DNA of 64,000 nt, from contig JACQQV010000012.1 of assembly GCA_016206785.1 (NCBI GenBank), forward strand, positions 9,176 through 73,175. The letters run 5' to 3'. Below the pieces are notes generated by a model. The model was given only the letters and a program-made list of their open reading frames with translations. It searched no databases and was not told the origin of the DNA. This document shows, one piece after another, positions 1 to 8,922 of the stretch. Position numbers and translations under genes: made by a program. This stretch comes from Candidatus Omnitrophota bacterium (GTDB lineage: Bacteria; Omnitrophota; Gorgyraeia; JACQQV01). Within the stretch, counting starts at the first letter, position 1. Each line of letters starts with the position of its first letter.

Positions 1-96
1 GGCAAGGGTGCCATCATAATCGAGGAAAAGGAGAAGATGTTTTGCTTGAGCGACCCGTTTTTGGAGGAAGGGCCAATGGATCCAAAGAGATTTCAC
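1..96 (-). CDS. otsB: trehalose-6-phosphate phosphatase, N-terminal fragment (runs off window start)
   Basis: Not in ORF track. GTG at 96 reads MKSLWIHWPFLQKRVAQAKHLLLFLDYDGTLA, containing HAD motif I (FLDYDGTLA); lies downstream of otsA. Confidence 0.85.
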   Translation of the reverse strand, partial: MKSLWIHWPFLQKRVAQAKHLLLFLDYDGTLA

Positions 97-425
97 CCCA
101 CCACCTGTCGCGGACGGCCATAAGCCGTCCGGCTGAGCAGCCGCTTTTTGAAAAGTGCCAGCATCCTGGGATTGCGTTTGAGCGCTCGCTCACGACGTTT
201 CGCTTCTTCGACCGTTGGGTAAGTTTCAAAACCCATCAACTGCCACGGAGCCTTACGCCGCGTGTATCCGGAAAGGTGCTCGTTGTGCTCAGCCAGGCGG
301 CGCAAGATGTCCGTTGTCCATCCAACATAAGAAGTCCCATCGCAACGGCTTTGCAACAGGTACACATAGGCTATCTTTTTAGTTGGAGCGCCGCCTGCGC
401 GACAGGTGGTGAGGTCATTTCGCAT
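93..425 (-). CDS. GIY-YIG nuclease family protein (YhbQ/UPF0213-like)
   Basis: YVYLLQS...SYVGWT..ILRRLAEHN...YTR...EAKRRERALK pattern; start uncertain (ATG 425, or a degenerate ATA just before AYVY). Confidence 0.8.
   Translation of the reverse strand: MRNDLTTCRAGGAPTKKIAYVYLLQSRCDGTSYVGWTTDILRRLAEHNEHLSGYTRRKAPWQLMGFETYPTVEEAKRRERALKRNPRMLALFKKRLLSRTAYGRPRQVVG
95..415. mobile_element. putative IR-bounded mini-element carrying the GIY-YIG gene
   Basis: accccaccacctgtcgcg (95-112) and cgcgacaggtggtgaggt (398-415) are 17/18 inverted repeats; the unit separates otsA from otsB. Confidence 0.5.
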
Positions 426-2691
426 GGACATCCCGCAGCGATGTCTCTTTCTGCCGTATCGGACGAAGTCGGGCAAGTTCACTCACAAGATCTGCTGCCC
501 AATGGTAGACATTGTTCTCTTCGAGGGCTTCATGCATCCGTGTCATCCTCGCCTTCTGTTCCTCGGGATTCATGGCTAAGGCGTAATGGATTGCGTCCGC
601 GACCTGCTCAATATCGTAAGGATTCACTAAAAGTGCATCCCGCAGTTCCCGGGAAGCCCCTGCAAATCGGCTAAGAATCAAGGCCCCACGATGATCTGTC
701 CGTGCCGCCACAAACTCCTTGGCCACAAGGTTCATTCCGTCGTGAAGTGAGGTCACCAAACAGAGGTCGGCGGCGCGGTAGAAAGGAAGGATCTCTTCGT
801 GGCTATGATGTTTTTTGAGGAACACGATCGGTTTCCATTGGCGCGTCTGGAATTTTTTGTTGATCCGTTCCGCCTCCTCGCTCAGTTCTGCACCGAGGTC
901 GTGGTATCGTTTGATGAGGGTCCTGCTGGGAGCCCCAAGTTCAATAAAAGTAAATTTTTCTCGAAAGAGGGGTCGTTTTTCCAAGAAGCGTTCGATGGCC
1001 CGGAAACGTTCGGCAATCCCTTTGGTATAGTCGATGCGGTCCACACCGACCCCCAGATACGTTGCGCTCACGCCGAGTTTCCGCAAGAGGGCCTCCCGCG
1101 TCTCCGTCACCGGCGGCTCGAGACGGAGATGAAGAGGGGTTTCTTCGACGGCAATGCTGATGGGAAACGGTTTCACCCACGTGGCATGGTCTGCGCGGTG
1201 AATGGCAAACTGCTCCCAATCAATCCTCGACTCGAGCATCCGATCGACCGTATCCAGAAAGTTATTGCAATGGAACTGAATATGGAAACCGAGGAGGTCG
1301 GCCCCTAACATCCCGTCCAAAAGCTCCCTCGCCCAAGGGCAGATGCCAAAGGCCTCCGGGTTCGGCCAAGGGATGTGCCAGAAAAGGGCCACTTTGGCGT
1401 CGGGACGTTTTTCTTTGATGAGTCGCGGCAACAGGGCGAAGTGATAATCCTGGATCAGGACGTACGGATTCTCTGTTCCTTCTAATTCTTCCAAGGTGGC
1501 CTGGGCGAACTTGGCATTGACGCGTTGGTATTGCATCCAGTCTTCGGTTCGAAAAAGAGGTCGTGTATGGGCGATATGGCACAAGGGCCAGAGTCCCTCG
1601 TTGGAAAATCCGTAGTAATAGCCTTCCTCTTCCTTTTGATCGAGCCAGACCCGCCTTAAGGTGTAGAGAGGCGCTTCCGGAGGAACTTTGAGTCTATCTT
1701 TGGAATCCACCATTTCGCGATCCACATTCCCTGCTCCATGAGCGACCCAGGTCCCTCCGCAGGCTCGAAGAATCGGTTCTACCGCCGTCACGAGTCCACT
1801 GGCCGGAACAATACATCGGGTCTCTTGGCCTTCCCGCACATGCATATACGGTTCCCGATTGGCAATCACAACAAGAGGTTTGCTTTCAAGGACTGTTCGC
1901 ACATGCTCTTTGAGTCGATCCGCAGTCCAGCGCGACTCCCCTGCATGTCGAAGTCTTGCCTCCTCCTCGGCGGCGGCGCGGGCCGTTGCAAGACTTACCG
2001 CCATGGAGGTGACCTCGCGCGCCAAAGGAGCAAACAGATCCCCTTTTGGTAACGCCTGATGTTCGGTAAACTCTCCGGAGCGGATACGCTTGATCCATTC
2101 GATGGTCTTTGCCATCGGTCGCACCAGTGTCCAACGAAGGACAAGAAGTGTGGTGAGCGAAATCACGAGGAGATGGAGCAACAAACGGATAAAGTTCTCC
2201 TTCCAGAGGCGGGTACAAGATTTTTCAATGTAACTGGCGTCGTGGAATAGAATCAAAACCCCTATTACTTTTTCTTCTTGATGGAAGGGAAGGGCTTGAA
2301 GGTGCCATCGTTTCCCATCATCGGGCAAGAAGACCCCCTGTCCCTGGTTCGTCTTCATCGCCTCGGACGCGGATTCCGGCAGGGTCTGAAATTTCGCCGG
2401 CAGACTCTGAGTCATCGCGAGGATCTTACCATCGCTCGCATAAATGGCGATACCGGCCAACCGCTCCCGGTCTCCGAACCGTTCGACCAAACGACGGAGT
2501 CCGCTCAGCTTTTCTCCTTGTACCAGGGGCTCCACCGATTCCTGAAGGCTTTCGGCCAGGACACCGGCCCGCCGCCCAAGTTCTTCCTCGAGACGCGCCT
2601 GTTCCTGTCGCACCTGGAGGGTGGCAAAGAGAGAGACAATGAGGGTGACCACGAAAACCAGTGAAAGGGTGAGTCGAAGGGTAATTCGCAT
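415..2691 (-). CDS. otsA: trehalose-6-phosphate synthase (GT20) with N-terminal TM-extracytoplasmic-TM-HAMP-like sensor region
   Basis: VVIANREPY, ASGLVTA, IQDYHF, FWHIPWP, GVDRIDYTKG, DGMNLVAKEF; two hydrophobic segments in the first ~190 aa; start moved to ATG 2691 (MRITLRL) to avoid overlapping the symporter. Confidence 0.9.
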   Translation of the reverse strand: MRITLRLTLSLVFVVTLIVSLFATLQVRQEQARLEEELGRRAGVLAESLQESVEPLVQGEKLSGLRRLVERFGDRERLAGIAIYASDGKILAMTQSLPAKFQTLPESASEAMKTNQGQGVFLPDDGKRWHLQALPFHQEEKVIGVLILFHDASYIEKSCTRLWKENFIRLLLHLLVISLTTLLVLRWTLVRPMAKTIEWIKRIRSGEFTEHQALPKGDLFAPLAREVTSMAVSLATARAAAEEEARLRHAGESRWTADRLKEHVRTVLESKPLVVIANREPYMHVREGQETRCIVPASGLVTAVEPILRACGGTWVAHGAGNVDREMVDSKDRLKVPPEAPLYTLRRVWLDQKEEEGYYYGFSNEGLWPLCHIAHTRPLFRTEDWMQYQRVNAKFAQATLEELEGTENPYVLIQDYHFALLPRLIKEKRPDAKVALFWHIPWPNPEAFGICPWARELLDGMLGADLLGFHIQFHCNNFLDTVDRMLESRIDWEQFAIHRADHATWVKPFPISIAVEETPLHLRLEPPVTETREALLRKLGVSATYLGVGVDRIDYTKGIAERFRAIERFLEKRPLFREKFTFIELGAPSRTLIKRYHDLGAELSEEAERINKKFQTRQWKPIVFLKKHHSHEEILPFYRAADLCLVTSLHDGMNLVAKEFVAARTDHRGALILSRFAGASRELRDALLVNPYDIEQVADAIHYALAMNPEEQKARMTRMHEALEENNVYHWAADLVSELARLRPIRQKETSLRDVHAK

Positions 2692-2699
2692 GGTAACTC

Positions 2700-4430
2700 T
2701 TAGTTTATCAGATGGAGCCTCTTCCCGTCCATCCCCTTTTGCCAAATCTTCAGAAACAGACCAAACAGGATGATGCCAGCAATACTCATCCAGAAACCGA
2801 GAAGGGGCCTCCCGAGAAGAAGATAGCCGGGTCCCAGCAAGCAGAGAAGAAAAGATGTTGTCACAACACACCAGGAGCCGATCCCTTGGAAAAGTTCCTG
2901 AAATGCCACACTTTTGCCTTCCGCAACCTTTCCCCAGAAAAGGGCGGGAGGTTTTACTTTCTCAAAAAACTCTTTTTGTCTTTGGAGGGAAGTGGGCGGC
3001 GTTAAAAAAGTGATGATGAGCGCAATTAAAAGAGACAGACTACAAGTTATGAGAAATCTGGTATCAAAGGCAAGTTTTGTCTGAGTTTCCAAAACGATGG
3101 CAATGACGAAAGAACTTGCCATGGTCCCCATCTCCGTATAAGCATTTACCCGCCACCAGATCCAGCGTAAAACGCGGACCGTCCCGAGCCCCGCCGTCAT
3201 CGCAAAGAGAAACTGCCAGACGCCCGCGATGGATTCCATCTGAAGCGCCAGCAAAAGCGCTGTCACGCCGAGGATAAGTTCTGTCACCTTTGCGGCCAGC
3301 ACATAATGTGTTGGACTTTCCCGGGGCCGTAAGAAACGGGCGTAGACATCGTGAATCAGATAACTTGTTCCCCAGTTGAGATGCGTGTCAATCGTGCTCA
3401 TGAAGGCGGCGACCATCGCTGTCACAAGGAGTCCCAGCATGCCTGCGGGAAGGACCTCTGTCATCATCTTGGGATACGCCATCTCCGGATCTTCCAGGCC
3501 AGGAAAAGTCACGGCTGCAACAAGTGCCGTCAGGATCCAGGGCCAGGTCCTCAAGACATAGTTCGCAAAGACAAACCAGAGGGTTCCTCGGTAGGCGTCC
3601 TTCTCTGACTTTGCCGCAAGCATCCGCTGCGAAAGGTAGCCGCCCCCTTCGATTTCCAATTTGTTCCACCACATGATGAGCACATAGGTGAAAAAAGCGG
3701 CCCAGGGAAGGGAAGGTCCCAGCGCATTTGCCGTCGGAAAAGGGGAAAGCATCGCCTCGGCACCCTGCGGACCAAAGTTCAGCTTAAGTTTCTCAAGAAG
3801 TCCCCCCAATCCCCCGACAGATTGGACAGACGCCCAGGCCAGGAAATACGAGCCTATCATCGCCATTGCAAATTGAAATAGATCCGTCATCACAACCCCC
3901 CAGAGACCTGAAAGAAGGGTGTATAGGATGACAAAAGAAAGAGAGAGGCTCATTGAAAAAAGAGGCTCCCATCCTAAAAGGACCTTGAGGATCTTTCCCA
4001 TCGCAAGGAGAACCCATCCCATCGTCATACAGTTGAGAAGAAGTCCGTGGTAGAGCGCTAAAAATCCCCTCAGGATACTTGCCTCTTTTCCGCTGTAACG
4101 AAGTTCGATGAGTTCTATATCCGTAAGAAGTTTAGCGCGCCGCCAAAGGGGGGCAAAGAGAACGGCAGAGGTAACCCCGGCAAACATCGCGGACCACCAG
4201 AGCCAGTTTCCGCTCACGCCATGTGTGAGGGTCAGTCCTGTGACGGCTAAGGGGGTATCGGCCGCAAAGGTTGTCGCGGCCATGCTCGTTCCCAAGATCC
4301 ACCAGGGGAGGGATCGGCCGGAGAGGAAATAGTGTTGGGGACTTAAGGAGGCCCGTTTTCGAAGGAGAAACGAGACACCGAGGGAAAGCAAAAGATAGGA
4401 AGCAAGGATAGTCCAATCAATAACATGCAT
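2700..4430 (-). CDS. sodium:solute symporter family (SSS) protein
   Basis: YFLSGRSLPWW, SMAATTFAADTPL, QRMLAAK, AAFMSTIDTHLN; many TM segments. Confidence 0.9.
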   Translation of the reverse strand: MHVIDWTILASYLLLSLGVSFLLRKRASLSPQHYFLSGRSLPWWILGTSMAATTFAADTPLAVTGLTLTHGVSGNWLWWSAMFAGVTSAVLFAPLWRRAKLLTDIELIELRYSGKEASILRGFLALYHGLLLNCMTMGWVLLAMGKILKVLLGWEPLFSMSLSLSFVILYTLLSGLWGVVMTDLFQFAMAMIGSYFLAWASVQSVGGLGGLLEKLKLNFGPQGAEAMLSPFPTANALGPSLPWAAFFTYVLIMWWNKLEIEGGGYLSQRMLAAKSEKDAYRGTLWFVFANYVLRTWPWILTALVAAVTFPGLEDPEMAYPKMMTEVLPAGMLGLLVTAMVAAFMSTIDTHLNWGTSYLIHDVYARFLRPRESPTHYVLAAKVTELILGVTALLLALQMESIAGVWQFLFAMTAGLGTVRVLRWIWWRVNAYTEMGTMASSFVIAIVLETQTKLAFDTRFLITCSLSLLIALIITFLTPPTSLQRQKEFFEKVKPPALFWGKVAEGKSVAFQELFQGIGSWCVVTTSFLLCLLGPGYLLLGRPLLGFWMSIAGIILFGLFLKIWQKGMDGKRLHLIN

Positions 4431-4456
4431 GGGACCTTTTCTGAATCACCCAACCG

Positions 4457-5422
4457 TCACTGAGGGCTCAAGGTCTTGAGATATTGATAGTAGTCGCTAT
4501 CCGTTGTGAGGATGACGACGGAATTCTCATCAATCGTCTTCTGATAGGTCTGAAGTGTCTTTAAAAAGGAGTAGAACTCTGGATCCTGGCTATACGCCTG
4601 GGCATAAATAGCCGTTGTCTCGGCGTCTGCCTTTCCCATAAGCCCCTGCGCTTGGCGATAGGCCTCCGAGGTGATTAATTTTAATTCCTTCCCGACCTGT
4701 CCTTCAATCTCAGCGGATTTCCCATGACCCTCTGAGCGGTATTTCTCGGCAGCGCGTTTCCTCTCGGCAGTCATCCTGTCGTAAACCTTGTTTCGGACAT
4801 TCTCCACATAATTGACCCGTTTGATGCGCATATCGATGATCTCGATGCCGTATTGAGGGGCGAGTATTTTGGCCTTATCCAAAATCGCGCGGGCGAGATC
4901 CTGCCTACCGACTCCAATGCGTTCAAGCGCCTCTTCAGACACAATGACATCCTCCCCCTCTTCCACTTTACTTTCCAAGATGCGGTTTGTGTTTCGGACC
5001 GCCTCAACCAACAGATGACCGGTGATCGCATCCCTTGTTGCGGAATTGATGATATCATCTAAGCGGGACTGTGCGCCTATTTCATTCCCCATCGACTGCA
5101 AAAATTTAAGGGCATCCACGATCTTCCAACGGGCTGTTGCATCCACCCAGATATATTTCTTGTCTTTGGTGGGAATCTGATTGGGTTCCCCGTCCCAAGC
5201 GAGGAGTCTCTTTTCGAAATAGTGCGCCGTTTGGATGAAGGGCGTTTTGAAGTGGAGTCCGCTTAAGACAATCGGTTTGCCGACCGGCTTCCCAAACTGG
5301 GTAATGACCACCTGTTTGGTCTCATCCACAATAAATAGCGCACCACTGGCAAATGCGGCGATGACTACAAAAAACAAGACGGCCACGATTCCTAAGACAG
5401 TTCCAAGGGTTCCTTCTTTCAT
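4457..5422 (-). CDS. hflC: FtsH protease modulator HflC
   Basis: SPFH domain, VITQFGKP..GLHFKTPF, RMTAER, DPEFYSFLKTL; follows hflK. Confidence 0.92.
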   Translation of the reverse strand: MKEGTLGTVLGIVAVLFFVVIAAFASGALFIVDETKQVVITQFGKPVGKPIVLSGLHFKTPFIQTAHYFEKRLLAWDGEPNQIPTKDKKYIWVDATARWKIVDALKFLQSMGNEIGAQSRLDDIINSATRDAITGHLLVEAVRNTNRILESKVEEGEDVIVSEEALERIGVGRQDLARAILDKAKILAPQYGIEIIDMRIKRVNYVENVRNKVYDRMTAERKRAAEKYRSEGHGKSAEIEGQVGKELKLITSEAYRQAQGLMGKADAETTAIYAQAYSQDPEFYSFLKTLQTYQKTIDENSVVILTTDSDYYQYLKTLSPQ

Positions 5423-6405
5423 TGTGCCGCTCCTTTCTTCGTGATATCTAACAAAGGTAGGATCGAAGATTGTTTTGGGTCAATGATATACTTGTCTTTG
5501 GCCTTGGGAAAGACCTCCGCGAGTGTTTCAAGATATAGCCTCTTTTTGGTCACCTGGGGCGCTTTCTTGTATTCGTTTAAAGTCACCAAAAATCTCTCGG
5601 CCTCCCCTTTTGCCCGGTTCACCTTATCCAAAGCATACCCTTCTGCCTCACGAATGGTCCTTTCCGCCTCCCCCTTCGCCTTGGGAATCACCTTGTTATA
5701 GGCCTCCCAGGCCTGGTTGATCATCTTCTCTTTTTCCTGTTTCGCCTCATTCACCTCGTTAAAGGCCGGCTTGACTTTCTCCGGGGGATTCACATCCAAG
5801 AGTTTCACGGTGACAATCTGGATGCCTGTGTCATACGCATCCAAGATTTTCTGTATCTCCTGCTGCGCCAGATGGTCGACCTCCTCTCTTTTGGTCGTCA
5901 GGACCTCATCGACGGTGTAATCTCCAGAAAAGCGGCGCATGACCACTTCGGAGATGTCCCGAATATTATCCTCAGGATCCCTCGTCTTAAAAAGCAATTT
6001 GACGGGATCTTTTACCTTAAACTGAACAATCCAGCGCACATCCAAGATATTGAGGTCTCCCGTGAGCATTAAAGATTCGTCGGGATAGGGCACTGGGGGA
6101 AACCCTGCTCTTGCGGTTCTACTCCCAAACTCCTCTTTAAAGATTTTTTCTACTTTGATGGGGGTCACTTTTTCAATGCCAAAGGGAATCTTGACATGCA
6201 AGCCGGGTGAACTTGAACCGATGTATTTGCCAAATCTCTGAATGACCCCCACTTCATCCGGGCCGATCGAATAGATGGCCCCCGCTAACCCTGTAAGGAC
6301 AAAAACGCCAAGGATAATCCACGGGAGAAACTTCCCCACGTTGCCCAACTTTCTTTTTCCCGCCTCGAGAATATCCTCTGGCCTTGGATTATCTTCCCAA
6401 ACCAT
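5419..6405 (-). CDS. hflK: FtsH protease modulator HflK
   Basis: MLTGDLNI, VNPPEKVKPAFNEV, IPKAKGEA, RLYLET. Confidence 0.92.
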   Translation of the reverse strand: MVWEDNPRPEDILEAGKRKLGNVGKFLPWIILGVFVLTGLAGAIYSIGPDEVGVIQRFGKYIGSSSPGLHVKIPFGIEKVTPIKVEKIFKEEFGSRTARAGFPPVPYPDESLMLTGDLNILDVRWIVQFKVKDPVKLLFKTRDPEDNIRDISEVVMRRFSGDYTVDEVLTTKREEVDHLAQQEIQKILDAYDTGIQIVTVKLLDVNPPEKVKPAFNEVNEAKQEKEKMINQAWEAYNKVIPKAKGEAERTIREAEGYALDKVNRAKGEAERFLVTLNEYKKAPQVTKKRLYLETLAEVFPKAKDKYIIDPKQSSILPLLDITKKGAAQ

Positions 6406-6442
6406 CTCTCTCCTCCTTCTCTTTTTCCGAATCCGCCTCTAT

Positions 6443-7177
6443 TCAGCGCCGGCTTCGCACTTTGCTCAGGAGCCTTAGCATTTCAAGGTAGAGCCAGATG
6501 AGTGTCACCATGAGGCCAAACGCAGCATACCACTCCATATATTTCGGGACGCCCCGAGTGGCCCCCTGCTCGATAAAGTCGAAATCAAGGACCAAGTTAA
6601 GGGCCGCGATGACTACTACCACCAGGCTAAAACCGATGCCGATCGGGCTCGCTTCGTGGATGAGCGGGATTCTCCCGCCGAAAAAACTCATAATAAAACT
6701 GATGAGATAAACGAGGCAGATGCCGCCCGTCGCTGCGACAACGCCCAGCTTAAAGTTCTCAGTCGGTCTTATGAGGCGCGATGTATAGGCAAGTAGAAGC
6801 GCCAAGAGGGTCCCAAAGGTGAGTGCAACCGCTTGAATGACGACCCCTGGAAATTGGGCCTCAAAGACGGCGGAGATCCCACCTAGAAATAGCCCCTCCA
6901 GGGCGGCGTAGAGGGGCGCTGTCACAGGGGCCCATTCCTTTTTAAAGACGGTCGCGATCGCCACCACAAATCCTGCAAGAGCCCCTAACCATGCAAGCAC
7001 AGGGATGCCCGCCCCTGAAAGTGTCTTCCCCCAAACCCAGGATGCCGTCATGAAAAGAAGAAGGAGCGAGATTCCTGTTTTGTTCACGGTTCCTTGAATC
7101 GTCATCGCCTGGTCTGTCCTGACGGCGATGTTTGTAAAGGTCTGCGCATTCAGCGCAGGATTCGCTGTCCGCATCAT
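6443..7177 (-). CDS. Bax inhibitor-1/YccA family membrane protein
   Basis: MRTANPAL, MTIQGTVNKT, LVLDFDFIE, EWYAAFGLMVTLIWLYLEMLRLL. Confidence 0.88.
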   Translation of the reverse strand: MMRTANPALNAQTFTNIAVRTDQAMTIQGTVNKTGISLLLLFMTASWVWGKTLSGAGIPVLAWLGALAGFVVAIATVFKKEWAPVTAPLYAALEGLFLGGISAVFEAQFPGVVIQAVALTFGTLLALLLAYTSRLIRPTENFKLGVVAATGGICLVYLISFIMSFFGGRIPLIHEASPIGIGFSLVVVVIAALNLVLDFDFIEQGATRGVPKYMEWYAAFGLMVTLIWLYLEMLRLLSKVRSRR

Positions 7178-7187
7178 CGGTAACCTC

Positions 7188-8219
7188 CTATTCTTTCTTT
7201 TCCTGTTCGTAATTGATCGCCCGGATTGGATAAGGAATCACGATTCCCTCTTTGGCATAGCGCTCATGGAGGCGTTTTACAAATTCGTGTTTGATGAGAT
7301 ATTGGTCAACGAATTCCTTTGCCCTTAAGATAACCGTGAAATTAATGCTCGAATCCCCAAAGGTGTGATACCGGATAAAGGGTTCAAAGGTCGGGACCCC
7401 CCCTTTGATTTCCTTCATGACTTCCTTCGCAACCTCGCAGGTCACCTGTTCCACCTTCTTTAAGTCACTATTATAGTGGACCCCCACCTGTACCAGGACC
7501 GCCAATTCTGTGTCGGGAAGATAATAATTCACAACGATCGCCTGGGCGAGTTTAGCGTTCGGAACCAAGACTATATTGTTGGGAAGCATCCGGATCTTGG
7601 TGGTGCGCCAGGTGATATCAATCACATATCCCTCCTCCCCGGACTCCAATTTGATATAGTCTCCGATTTTGATCTGTCTTGCGAGAGTCACATGGACTCC
7701 TGCAAAAAGGTTAGAAAGCGTATCCTGTAACCCTAACGCAACCGCAAGCCCCCCAATGCCTAAGGTGGCCAGAATCGGGGCAATGGAGATTCCGAGGCTT
7801 TGGAGAATGATTAAAAAACCGATACCGAAGACGACAATCCGGGTCATGTTTTCGGTGAGGGAGGTCGTTGGCAAAGCGCCCCCCATTTTTGCAGCATATC
7901 TCTTGACCAGCTGTGTGGAGATCTTGGCCAAGACCCATGTGATGGAAAATATCCCGAGTGAGAGCAAAATTTTCCCAGAGGCATCAACAACTTTCTCCGG
8001 AAGTTTGGAAAACTCAAGGGAAAAATAGACGGCCAATATCAAGCACCAGATCATAAATGGGCCCTTCATTGCAGAAATGACGATATCGCCAATTCCTGTT
8101 TTGGTCTTTTGAGCCCATCCGGACAGACGCCTCAACAACACATTGCGTAAGAGATACCCGATTAAAAGTGTCCCCAAGAAAATGATAAGAGGCATAAAGA
8201 CTTCGACCAACGTCAACAT
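7188..8219 (-). CDS. mscS: small-conductance mechanosensitive channel
   Basis: LGIGGLAVALGLQDTLSNLFAG, IGDYI, WRTTKIR, VPNAKL, FGDSSINF. Confidence 0.92.
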   Translation of the reverse strand: MLTLVEVFMPLIIFLGTLLIGYLLRNVLLRRLSGWAQKTKTGIGDIVISAMKGPFMIWCLILAVYFSLEFSKLPEKVVDASGKILLSLGIFSITWVLAKISTQLVKRYAAKMGGALPTTSLTENMTRIVVFGIGFLIILQSLGISIAPILATLGIGGLAVALGLQDTLSNLFAGVHVTLARQIKIGDYIKLESGEEGYVIDITWRTTKIRMLPNNIVLVPNAKLAQAIVVNYYLPDTELAVLVQVGVHYNSDLKKVEQVTCEVAKEVMKEIKGGVPTFEPFIRYHTFGDSSINFTVILRAKEFVDQYLIKHEFVKRLHERYAKEGIVIPYPIRAINYEQEKKE

Positions 8220-8220
8220 C

Positions 8221-8373
8221 TCACCTCCTTGTTTTATCTTTCTCCCTGGCTTGGTTTTCGTTCTCTTCTTCTCTTCCGAGATGTCGTTTCAAGACCTTCC
8301 CAAACGAAAAGATCGCCAAACTCAGAATACATGTCCAAGCAAAGAGCATGAATATCCAACCGCTGATCCTCAT
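8221..8373 (-). CDS. small single-pass membrane protein (50 aa)
   Basis: MRISGWIFMLFAWTCILSLAIFSFGKVLK plus charged tail; first ORF after the riboswitch terminator; resembles small proteins seen next to Na+-dependent transporters. Confidence 0.65.
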   Translation of the reverse strand: MRISGWIFMLFAWTCILSLAIFSFGKVLKRHLGREEENENQAREKDKTRR

Positions 8374-8399
8374 CGGAACCCCTTTTGTGGCATAAAACC

Positions 8400-8433
8400 A
8401 AAAACCGCCACCTGAGTTAAACTCAGATGGCGG
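8400..8433 (-). terminator. intrinsic terminator forming the expression platform of riboswitch copy A
   Basis: minus strand CCGCCATCTGAG-TTTAA-CTCAGGTGGCGG-TTTTT; 5' arm shared with aptamer stem P2. Confidence 0.8.
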
Positions 8434-8477
8434 CCCGACCATCTAGAATACCTCCCCAGAAAAATACCTGGAGACCC
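8425..8477 (-). ncRNA. riboswitch-like aptamer, nhaA-I-like (Li+/Na+-sensing class), copy A
   Basis: minus strand GGGT-[CTCCAG..CTGGGG]-AGG-N6-[AGATGG-TCGGGCCG-CCATCT]; same architecture as copy B; lies between a sigma70 promoter and a terminator. Confidence 0.7.
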
Positions 8478-8512
8478 AATTTTTTGCTATCTACTATTTA
8501 AGTTACAGAACT

Positions 8513-8541
8513 AGTATAAAGGAAATCCGGCTTAAATGCAA
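8513..8541 (-). promoter_or_regulatory. sigma70-type promoter for riboswitch A / mscS operon
   Basis: TTGCAT-17 nt-TATACT on minus strand. Confidence 0.7.
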
Positions 8542-8581
8542 GAAAAATATGGCGGAGGAACTGGGATTCTCTAGGGTGGAT

Positions 8582-8669
8582 AAAAACCTCACCCAGAAGC
8601 TGCCTAAAGACCCAACGATGCGTCTCTTCTAAGTGAGGAGGTGTTGGGTCGACGAAGCCTCTGGGTGAG
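8582..8669 (-). terminator. long stem-loop followed by U-tract after the PG-binding operon
   Basis: CTCACCCAGAGGCT/AGCTTCTGGGTGAG outer stem, GACCCAAC/GTTGGGTC inner stem, then GTTTTT. Confidence 0.5.
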
Positions 8670-8678
8670 TCGAGTGTT

Positions 8679-8873
8679 CTACCGACGGGTTGCCGGTTTG
8701 CTCGGCATCGTTGTTTTTGCAGCAGCAGGCTTTGAGGGTGTCGTGCTACTTTTGTAAGTGCTCTTTTTCTTTTCGGGTCGCCTCCCCATTGCCAGTGCAT
8801 CTGTTGTGACCATGCCGAACAGAAATGCCAGTACAGTCAGCAAACTGAGATACCTTTTCGCAACGTCGTCCAT
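8679..8873 (-). CDS. small secreted basic protein
   Basis: signal-like N-terminus ending ALA, K/T/P/S-rich tail; GAAGGAG RBS upstream. Confidence 0.55.
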   Translation of the reverse strand: MDDVAKRYLSLLTVLAFLFGMVTTDALAMGRRPEKKKSTYKSSTTPSKPAAAKTTMPSKPATRR

Positions 8874-8922
8874 TTGCGCTTCTCCTTCTGTTTAGACCAC
8901 TACTATCCAACCGGTTCTTCCA

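Noticed and set aside
2692-2871. 60-aa N-terminal extension of otsA in the ORF track
   Set aside because: Overlaps the symporter 3' end; ATG 2691 gives a proper N-terminal TM
8374-8442. Longer start (MVGPPSEF..) for the small ORF at 8221
   Set aside because: This stretch is the aptamer/terminator; ATG 8373 lies after the terminator
8498-8800. 100-aa minus-strand ORF
   Set aside because: Overlaps the better-supported 8679-8873 ORF, the hairpin and the promoter; no protein-like features
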